The notes below the pieces were generated by a model. It was given only the letters and a program-made list of their open reading frames with translations, did not search any database and was not told where the DNA came from. The translations under genes and the position numbers were made by a program. Shown here one piece after another: positions 28,693-39,901 of a stretch of 64,000 bases of DNA (within the stretch, counting starts at the first letter, position 1; every line of letters begins with the position of its first letter). The stretch comes from Chrysomallon squamiferum (lineage: Eukaryota; Animalia; Mollusca), in contig CM022676.1 in NCBI GenBank assembly GCA_012295275.1, positions 18,662,001-18,726,000 of the forward strand, read 5' to 3'.

Positions 28693-28945
28693 GTCTTCAG
28701 TGCTTCACAAACAGAGAATGGAAGTAGTTCAGTACTTCACACACAGAGAATGGAAGTAGTTCAGTACTTCACACAGAGAATGGAAGTAGTTCAGTGCTTC
28801 ACACACAGAGGATGGAAGCAGTCCACTACTTCACACAGAGAATGGAAGTAGTTCAGTACTTCACACACAGAATGGAAGTAGTTCAGTACTTCACACAGAG
28901 AGGATGGAAGTAGTTCAGTACTTCATACAGAGAACTGAAGTAGTG
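28693..28945. repeat. 30-32-bp tandem repeat ACAGAGAATGGAAGTAGTTCAGTACTTCAC, ~8 copies
   Basis: Directly visible. Confidence 0.92.
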
Positions 28946-29566
28946 ATAAAAAAAAACTATTGGGTGTACAGCTGTAATTCAAGAAAGGATAAAGAAAAAT
29001 TTGTTATCAGTGAGATAACTAAAATATTATTCTGCCATATTTATACTGGATATAGAAACAAAAACAAAAGATTTACTGAAGGGTGAGTTGTGTATGTGTG
29101 TATGTTTGTGTTTCTATATGCATGTGTGTATATATCCACACATACACATACACACACACAAACACACACAGAATACACATATAAAATATGTTGTTTGAGA
29201 AGGATAAACTGATGAATGTGACATATTTTTGTTGTTTATTACACCATGTTCTACATGTGACTGATAGCAATGAGATATTTTCTTGTATTTAACAGTTGTA
29301 TACGTCATATAAAAAACTGTACAGAAGCAATAACAGTTACGTTACTCTGTGTTTGTGATGTTTTGTAACTGTTACAAGATAATGTTACACTGATCTGAGA
29401 GTGATGTTTTGTAACTGTTACAAGATAATGTCACACTGATCTGAATGTGATGTTTTGTAACTGAAAACGTGCCAATTAAATTTTGTATTTATTTCTTTTC
29501 ATTTTCTTTTTTCTTTCTTTCTTTAAGAAAATAATTATGTTTAATACTGTTATTTAATTATTGTTG

Positions 29567-29612
<46 letters not shown>

Positions 29613-30324
29613 CAATTTAATGTAATCCTCATTATCATATTCCCTTCATCATTTTATATTTGCTTTAGAGTAATCTCCTCTTGAATTCAAATAACATACA
29701 ATGTTTAGTCTCATAGCTGACAGTTTTTTTCATACCCTCGAACAGTAAAAGTTGAATCCAGCAGAAAAATTGTGACTGAATTAAACTATGTTTCAGGAAC
29801 ATCAATAAAGAGTAAACATATTTTATAAACATCAGGAATTTTCTTATATCCAGAAACATGAGGCAGGCATATTCATTTATTTCATTGGTTTTTATTTTTT
29901 TATTTTTTTTTTTTTTAAAACCCTGAGTGTAATAGATTTGTTCTCATTGTTCCCACAAGTGACAGTAAATTGTTTTTTTTTTTTAAATTTATTTCATTTT
30001 GTTACTATTTTTGTTAATAAGAAATTCATGAATTAGTATCTATCTGTCTATACATGAAATAAAGATGAAAAATTCTGATCTGTACAAACTTAATTTAATG
30101 CAACATTACATTCATTCTTTAAATTTTTGTTCAATTATTTATTTTTATTTTGCTTTGTACAACTGTCTATTCACTCAGATGAAGCCAGGATTTAGACTAA
30201 GTTGAACAGACAACTGTTTGCATCTCAGTTTTATGACTAAAAGTTTTCTATGAGCAAAGTTACGATCTTGATACAGTCACACCATCGTAATTACTTGTCT
30301 AAATCTGGCCATCTCTTTTAATTT

Positions 30325-30492
30325 GATTATGAGTTATCTGCTCTTGATTTTGAGTTATCTGCTCTTTTGCTTTGAGTTATCTGTGCTTGGTTTTGAGTTA
30401 TTTGCAGTTGATTATGATTTGTGTGTGCTTGACTATGAGTTATCTGCTCTTGATTATGAGTTATCTGCTCTTGATTATGAGTTATCTGCTCT
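30325..30492. repeat. 21-bp tandem repeat TGAGTTATCTGCTCTTGATTA, ~8 copies
   Basis: Directly visible. Confidence 0.88.
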
Positions 30493-30795
30493 TCATGATG
30501 ACATTAAGTCACTGATTTAAGAAACAGGATCTCACTGTCACTGAAGTAAACTGTCATAAAATCATTAGAAGTTTCCATGCTGTGACATCAGGAACTTCAT
30601 GAAGTAGACACATTTTTTTTATTTTCAAAAGTAAAATGTCAGATGTTGCCAAGATATCATGTTGTCATCATGTTCGTCCATTCTGTGCTGTTTGAAACAT
30701 GTCACATCATGATGCCAGCATAACTAGACATGTTTTAAATGTCACATCTGTTTTTGTTATCTCAAAACTGCATGGCAACATCAGTGTTTTTATTG

Positions 30796-30932
<137 letters not shown>

Positions 30933-31564
30933 AATCAGTTTATTTTTATACATTTTATATACTTATTTTTTAGGCATAAAATGGGGAAAAACCATTTTTC
31001 TAAATTTATTTATTTTGTGGGATTTTTTTTGTAACTTTCATCTTTGAAATATTTAAAATCTTGCCTTCATTTGAGTTCTTTTCATAAATAATAAATAGCA
31101 TTTCTAACACTAGTAAAAAAAATAATACAACATAAAAATAAAATAAAAACAAAATACTGCTAAAAAGCACTTAAACAACATCTTCATCGAGGGATTTCTG
31201 TTTATTTATTTATTTATTTATTTTTATTATTACTGTTTTAATTATGTTTTTTACCTGCATGTTAAATTATCCTGTACAAAGGTGTATAGTTTTCTTCTGT
31301 AAGAAATGAAATTTAATTTAAGAAGGTTAGTACGACTCAGTTTGTTGTGTGGGGTCACGTGACTGGGCGTGGTATCTGTAGACTGGTTCCAGTGGTGTGT
31401 TTGTGATAGACTGTTCATTTAACTGACTGGGTTCACTCTGGTCACATGCACCTTTTTAATTTTTTAAATTTTATTTATTTATTTATTTATTTTTTATTCA
31501 TTTATTAGGTTTTCTTTTTTTCTTCCATTTATTACTATCTTTTTCTGGTAAAAATATAGATATC

Positions 31565-31608
<44 letters not shown>

Positions 31609-31706
31609 ATGAATTGATATCTAAAATTCCAAATCTTTTGTCTGTTTTCATTATGTTTATTTGATTGCTTTTGTTTTTGTTTTCAGAAGCATACATATTA
31701 TTATTA

Positions 31707-31750
<44 letters not shown>

Positions 31751-32528
31751 GTTATTATTAATTATTGTTAGTATTTTTATTTCTCAGTCTTTGTGTAAAA
31801 GATCACTGCCAGATCATTGTCTGTGTCAGATTTAAAGTGTTCAGTGATTGAATCTCATATTTTCTAACTTTGCAACAAACATTCAGTCTAGTCACTTTTA
31901 CACAATTAGTTGCCAAGGAAATGATTTTCATTCGTACAGTATGGAAACTTGATATTCTGAGATATCCATTGAATTAATGGTTTTACCGTTTTATTTATGT
32001 GGTAATTTAACATTAATATATGAATGTTTGTTAAATTTTTATGTTAATGGGAATTTTGAAGCATTTACAAATATTTCTTTAACAGATTTTAACAATATAT
32101 GTATGCTATATTTTAATTATCTTCTTAATAATAATAATAAAAATAATAAAAATAATAATAATAATAATAATATATGTATATACTATATATATATATACAT
32201 ATTTTTTTTTTTTTTTGTCTATAGATGATAAAATACAAATCACTGAGTTTGAGAAATAATTAAATTCAAATGGCTAATTATTTTAATCTACAATTTATTT
32301 ATTTATTTATTCAGTTTTATTTTATTTTGTTAATATTCTTTTTTTCATTTGCTTGCTTTTATTTATTTTTTATTTTTTCTTTCCAAATGTACATGTTTCA
32401 TGATGCTTATTTCCTTGGATTATTTAAATTTAATATTTTATGTTGATGTGTTCACCAGTACACGTGTGTAGATACTTCTGTGTTCGTCCATTCATCCCTG
32501 TGTCTGTTACGAGGGAGATTTCTGTCTC

Positions 32529-33640
32529 CATGGTACAGTGTAAACATGGTACAGTGTAAACATGATACAGTGTAAACATGGTACAGTGTAAACATGGTAC
32601 AGTGTAAACATGATACAATGTAAACATGGTACAGTGTAAACATGGTACAGTGTAAACATGATACAATGTAAACATGGTACAATGTAAACATGGTACAGTG
32701 TAAACATGGTACAGTGTAAACATGATACAATGTAAACATGATACAATGTAAACATGGTACAGTGTAAACATGGTACAGTGTAAACATGATACAATGTAAA
32801 CATGATACAGTGTAAACATGATACAGTCTAAACATGATACAGTGTAAACATGGTACAGTGTAAACATGGTACAGTGTAAACATGATACAATGTAAACATG
32901 GTACAGTGTAAACATGGTACAGTGTAAACATGGTACAGTGTAAACATGGTACAATGTAAACATGATACAGTGTAAACATGGTACAGTGTAAACATGGTAC
33001 AATGTAAACATGATACAATGTAAACATGATACAGTGTAAACATGATACAGTATAAACATGGTACAGTGTAAACATGGTACAGTGTAAACATGGTACAGTG
33101 TAAACATGATACAGTGTAAACATGATACAATGTAAACATGGTACAGTGTAAACATGGTACAGTGTAAACATGATACAATGTAAACATGATACAGTGTAAA
33201 CATGATACAGTGTAAACATGGTACAGTGTAAACATGGTACAATGTAAACATGATACAATGTAAACATGGTACAATGTAAACATGGTACAGTGTAAACATG
33301 GTACAATGTAAACATGATACAATGTAAACATGGTACAGTGTAAACATGGTACAGTGTAAACATGGTACAATGTAAACATGGTACAGTGTAAACATGATAC
33401 AGTGTAAACATGGTACAATGTAAACATGGTACAGTGTAAACATGGTACAGTGTAAACATGGTACAATGTAAACATGGTACAGTGTAAACATGGTACAGTG
33501 TAAACATGATACAGTATAAACATGATACAGTGTAAACATGATACAGTGTAAACATGGTACAGTGTAAACAGCAGACTGAATTTATTTTTTTTAAACATTG
33601 TAAACATGATACAGTGTAAACATGGTACAGTGTAAACAGC
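32529..33640. repeat. 16-bp satellite CATGRTACARTGTAAA, ~65 copies plus a terminal duplicated block
   Basis: Directly visible; explains the MFTLYHVYTVPCLHC ORFs. Confidence 0.97.
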
Positions 33641-34987
33641 AGACTGAATTTATTTTTTTAAAACTTGAATTAATTGTTAAAATGAACAGAAACAGGTTTT
33701 CAGTGTGTAACTTTTTACCTTGTGTGTATACTTAATGTGAGATAATATATTTTCAAAAGTGATGGTAAAAAATGAATAAATAAATAAATTATTCTTTTTT
33801 TTTCACTTTCATTCAAAAATTTAGCAACAAGATATTTTTTTGTTATTATTTATTTTTAAAAAATAATTGTATTCTCTATAGAAATTAAATTTGTTAAAAC
33901 AGATTATTTTATTTATTTATTTATTTAATTATTTATTTAACTGTTTGTTTATCTACTTATCTTTATTTTAAAAACTTTCTGCTGATAACTATATTAATTT
34001 TATATCACACTAAGTTGGAAACAGATAGAAACAAAAATTGTAGAAAATTTAAAAACAAAGAAAATTAAATTTGTTGTTTACTTACTCCAGTGCTCTGTAA
34101 ATTGTTATGTAAAATAAGTTTGTATAGAAATCTCGTTGTGTACAAATCTAAACTATTTATAATGTAGGTAAAGATAGTAGTATTTACTGTTGTGTGTTTG
34201 TCAACTGAGTGTGTCTGTCACAGAGAATATATCAGTTTAGAAAGTAGCACGTATTTCTTCAGATACTGTTTTCTATTTTACTACATCTCTTTCTGCTACA
34301 GTAAATATTTTTAAAAACTTCTTTATGTCAAATGACGTTTATTGTTCCAATAGAAACATTTGTAAAGATAATAGTATAATAATTATGTGGGTAACTTTTT
34401 TGTTGTTGGTTTTAAGTTTTAATTTATTTATTTATTTATTTATTTACAAACCTATCTCAAGATAAATATTTCTAAAAAGAAAAAATGGTTTGACATTTTG
34501 CTAAAATTTTCATATTTTAATATTTAAACCATTGCTTTTTTAAATTTTTATTATTATTATTATTAATAAAAATGATGTACGATTGTATACATACTTTATT
34601 CTCTCTACAGATTTCAGTGATATAAAAATCAAAATAGTTTTGATTACATTTTCGGTGCATTAATTAGAAAAAAAAACAAATGTTTTATCATGTTTCATTG
34701 TAAATAAAAATCATTGTCAGATTTTTACTTCAAGTATGGATCATCAGTTTTTTTAAGTGCCATAGTGTTTTGTTATTTTAATCTTGTCTTCATTTCAATG
34801 TCACCTTTTCTACGTGAATCACGTCACTCTTATTTTAACCCTTTATCTGCCATTTTTATTTTTATTTTTTCGGGAAGCAATCATGTGCACATTCATTCAT
34901 AAGCAGCCATGTGCAATCAATAAAACATAAAATTTATCAGTTTTCTTGTTTTGTACTATTTCAGTTTTATGTGTGTTTGTTGTTTGT

Positions 34988-35027
<40 letters not shown>

Positions 35028-35194
35028 TACGTGTCTGTGTTTGTGTGTGTATGAATATATATGTACTTTTATGTATATAGTTTTAGGATTTTGAATATTC
35101 TCTGTCTTATGTACGTCTGAATAGACTGCACATAGACAACATTCGGGAACACACTGGCGCAGGAGGACAAAGAACAATCACAACCACACAAAAC

Positions 35195-35290
35195 CCGTCA
35201 GATGCCACTGACAAGACTTGAACCTATGACACCCATTTGCCCACTCTCTGAAGGCAGACAAAAACAAGTTGCTCAATAACTGAGGGTAAC
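35195..35290 (-). mobile_element. Possible decayed tRNA-derived SINE head
   Basis: Minus strand has A-box-like CTCAGTTATTGAGC followed by B-box-like GGTTCAAGTC; no cloverleaf. Confidence 0.25.
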
Positions 35291-35411
35291 TGTCATTTTC
35301 CATGAAACACAGTTTTTTGTGTGCATCAGTTCTTTTGTTAGAAACCTTGTTTTGGAAACCTGAATTTCAAGATGTGAATATTCCATTTAAATTTCATGTG
35401 TTGTTTGCTTC

Positions 35412-35450
<39 letters not shown>

Positions 35451-35552
35451 CTGACAGGAGCTATTGGTGGAATGGGATACAGACTGACAGTTGAAAGTTG
35501 AATACACAAGTCTTGTCACTAGTAACTCTGTGAAATACTTTGACCACTTCAT

Positions 35553-35987
35553 TGTGTAATATTCACCGTGTAATATTCACCGTGTAATATTCCCTGAGTA
35601 ATATTCACCATGTAATATTCACTGTGTAATATTCACTGTGTAATATTCAGTGTGTAATATTCAGTGTAATATTCACCATATAATATTCACTGTGTAATAT
35701 TCACCATGTAATATTCCGTGTAATATTCACCATGTAATATTCACTGTGTAATATTCACCATGTAATATTCACTGTGTAATATTCACTGTTTAATATTCGC
35801 TGTTGTCTCATTTCACTGTGTAATATTCACCATGTAATATTCACTGTGTAATATTCACTGTTTAATATTCATTGTTGTCTCATTTCACTGTGTAATATTC
35901 ACTGTGTAATATTCCCTGTGTAATATTCCCTGTTTAATATTCAGTTTAATATTCCCTGTTTAATATTCGCTGTTGTCTCATTTCACT
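35553..35987. repeat. 14-bp tandem repeat TGTAATATTCACTG
   Basis: Directly visible. Confidence 0.92.
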
Positions 35988-36728
35988 GCAGCATGGCTAA
36001 AACAATAAAACTCTTTGAAGAAAGGAAAAACTATTTTTCACTAACAATGCACTCAGTACATTTTACACAACAGTTACATCAGTAACACATAAGATGGATT
36101 ACCATGTTACACAAGATGGGTTACCATGTTACAGATTTCACAGCTGAGTTTTTTGATTAGGAGAGGATTTCTACACAACAAAACCACAACAGACATCAAC
36201 ATGTGAAACCAGGCTTGAGTGGACTTGGGGACTGAACAAACAAACTGAACAAACAAACTGAACAAACAAAATGAACAAACAAACTGAACAAACAAACTGA
36301 ACGCAGTGATTACAACACAAACAATCTTTTTTATGCTGTGACTTTCTCGGTTTCACAGTGTATGGGTATTATACATCTCAAGAACAAAAATTAAATATTT
36401 TTAGTAATTATATTTTTTTTTTTACTATTAGTTTCATATTTTTACAAAAATGTGAGCATCTCGGTTCATTCACAAAGTTTTAACATTTTTAACATTTTTA
36501 ACTTGATAATTTGTCTGTTAACCCTCACCACTCTTTCTTTTTATACGTTTTAAAATACCTTTTTCATCTTCTGTTCTTTTTTTTCTTTCTTCAACTGTTT
36601 ATTTTTCTTATTCCATTTTATCACACACACATTTCTGTAAGAGAAAAATCATCATTTCACTCACAAGATTAGTACTGGGAGACTGCTGACTAACACAGCA
36701 CTACTGTGACAACATCGTCATCAACTCA

Positions 36729-37016
36729 TCAAGATGTGATTCCTCTCGCGCCGTTCACGCAGACGGCCAGGAACTTCTGGAAAGGTTTTGGGTCGTAGCT
36801 GTCAAGTCTCGTCCTCTCAAACTCCGGTCCCAGCCAGGGCTGTGGTAGCTGCTTCTCAAACATCGTGTTGTCCGGGTCCACCCACGCGATGTTCTTGATG
36901 CCGTCGTCGGTGGTGAAGTTGAGGGTGTTCAGCTGGAAGAAGATGAAGTTCAGCGTTGTTTCGTCGACGTCCACGCACTGCACGGTTATCGGCTCTGGAA
37001 GTTTCTGTAGCTTGTC
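36729..37016 (-). CDS. MRPL37: MRPL37 terminal exon 8
   Basis: DKLQKLPEPITVQCVDVDETTLNFIFFQLNTLNFTTDDGIKNIAWVD...FQKFLAVCVNGARGITS*. Confidence 0.93.
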   Translation of the reverse strand, partial: DKLQKLPEPITVQCVDVDETTLNFIFFQLNTLNFTTDDGIKNIAWVDPDNTMFEKQLPQPWLGPEFERTRLDSYDPKPFQKFLAVCVNGARGITS

Positions 37017-37055
37017 CTGAACAACACAAACATCACATTTATTATACACACATAT

Positions 37056-37096
<41 letters not shown>

Positions 37097-37192
37097 GAAC
37101 AACACACAAACATCACATTTACATATATACATACATACAGATACAGAGAGAGAGAGAGAGACTGAGAGAGATAGAGAGATAGACAGAGAGAC

Positions 37193-37223
<31 letters not shown>

Positions 37224-39643
37224 GAGAGAGAGAATATGAACAACACAAACATCACATTATATATATATATATATAGATAGATACAGAGAGAGAGAGAGAA
37301 TATGAACAACACAAACATCACATTATATATATATATATATAGATAGATAGATAGACTGAGAGAGAGAGAGATAGATATGAACAACAGAGAAATATGAACA
37401 ACAACACAAACATTACATTATATTTACATATACACACACTGAAAATGGATATATGATTTTGTGTTATCTAGTTTTACAAATATTTCAATTAACTCCATTA
37501 CATTTTACCTTTAATTAAAGCTTGTTTCAACTAAAGGCTTTCAAACACTAAATATCTAAATATAACAAATCTTTGATGTATAAACATGGTTCCTACAGCT
37601 TAAACTGCAGAGCAAATCTGAGGACATCTTCAGAACTCTGCACAACTGTTTAACACAGAACCAATAAATATGTGTCAAACAGTGGAAAATACAAATGTTA
37701 TTTCTTTAATGACCCCACAAAATAATGTTACTAATTATAAAAACTATTGACACATAATACTACTACTATTACTATTATAATATTGCTACTATGTACAAAA
37801 AAAATAAAAAAAAAACATTATTTCATGAAGTATGTCTTAAAACTCATCTCCATTTTTTACATCAAATTATTCTGGACTTCATTAACACACAAATGTTTGG
37901 TTCATGTGACAGGAAGAGAGGGAGAGGATAAATATGTCAAAACCATCATAGAACAAACACACACACAGACAGACATCTAATAAGTTGAAAACAAGCTATG
38001 TTTGAGGATATAAATGCTGCATGCACAGACAGGAATCTACAAATCTTTTGTAACACTTTACAAAACAACAAAGTGTGTAGCACCATGCATCACCAAGGAC
38101 TAACAACACACAGAAATCTACATAACCATTTATAAAAACACAAAACAAAAAATAAAATAAACCATGTGAAAATAAACAAGGAACAGATATCAACACAAGA
38201 CACAACAACACAAAGACACAACTAACAACACAACTAACAACACACAGAAATCTACATAACCATTTCAAAAAACACACACAAAAAATAAACCATGTGAAAA
38301 TAAACAAGGAACAGATATCAAGACAAGACACAACACAAAGACACAACTAACAACACAGAGACATAACTAACAACACAACACAACTAACACAGAGACATAA
38401 CTAACAACACAACACACAACACACAGACACAACTAACAACTAAGAAACATAAACAACAAACACACAGACACAACTAACACAACACAGAGACACATAACAG
38501 ACAACACAAAGACACATCTGTAACAACACACATGCGAGACAAGGCAAAACAGAACACAACTAACTGATAGCTCTTCCAGTGGTTGTTGTTGCTGATGAAC
38601 AACCGTGTCTTGCGGAACAGCGTGGCTGTAGTCTTTGACAAACCCTGAACATTTGTAAATAAATAAATAAATAAAAAATAAATAATTATACATTAATAAC
38701 AATCTGTGTGTATGTGTGTGCACACATTTGCAAATAGAAATAATAAACACAGAAACAAACACAGACACACATGTATAAACACACAGGCATACACTTCCAT
38801 ATGGTTGTTACAAATATAAATACACACATACACACACACACATACAGACATACACAATCATATAGCTACATAAAGAAATATCTTACACACACACACACAA
38901 ACCCTGAACATTTGTAAATACATAAATACAAAATAAATAAATAATTAAACATACACACACAAACACACATACAGACATACACACACAGACACAAATACAT
39001 AGACACACAGAAACAAATAGAAATAATAAACAAACATAAAACATGCACACACACTAAAAAACAATACATACATCTAACATTTTTTGTTATTTCTTTCCTA
39101 TCTTAGGACACTACTACAGTTAAACAAAAAAAATCAACAAAAACAAACAGGCTATATATAGATATAGACACACACAATCTATATATAGATACATAAACAC
39201 ACACACACACACACACACATATATAGATATAGACACACACATACAATCTATATATGATTATACATAAACAAATATAAATACAGGCTATATATAGATATAG
39301 ACACACACACACACACACACTGTGTATTTGACAAGTTAATTTCTACCTGTCTGGTTCTGGAGACTGTAGCAGTGTTCTTTCTGCAGGTCTATGGTGGGGG
39401 AGATGGGGTAAATACTCTCCACAGGCTTTGTCGCAGTCATATCCACCTCCTCCTCATCCGCAAACGGAGGGAGAGGCCTGTTTGAGGTTAACAGCCATTC
39501 ACTCAATCCCTGAATGTTGATCAGCTTGTCTGAAAACAACACAAACATAAAATAATAATAATAATAATAACAAAAAATAACAAAAAACAAAAAATAATAA
39601 TAATAATAATAAAATAATAATAATAAAAAAAAACAATAATAAT

Positions 39644-39721
<78 letters not shown>

Positions 39722-39731
39722 AATAATAATT

Positions 39732-39765
<34 letters not shown>

Positions 39766-39868
39766 TAACAACAACAACAATAATAATAATAATAATTTAA
39801 TAAAATAATAATAATAATAATAAAAATAGTAATAAGAATAGTAATAATAATGATAAAAATAATAATAA

Positions 39869-39901
<33 letters not shown>

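Noticed and set aside
32430-33607. Long ORFs (up to 369 aa) of MFTLYHVYTVPCLHC repeats
   Set aside because: A 16-bp unit lacking minus-strand stops opens all three frames with the same peptide; there is no splice or codon evidence for coding.
35195-35290. tRNA gene
   Set aside because: Only degenerate A/B-box-like motifs, with no cloverleaf stems; kept only as a low-confidence SINE remnant.
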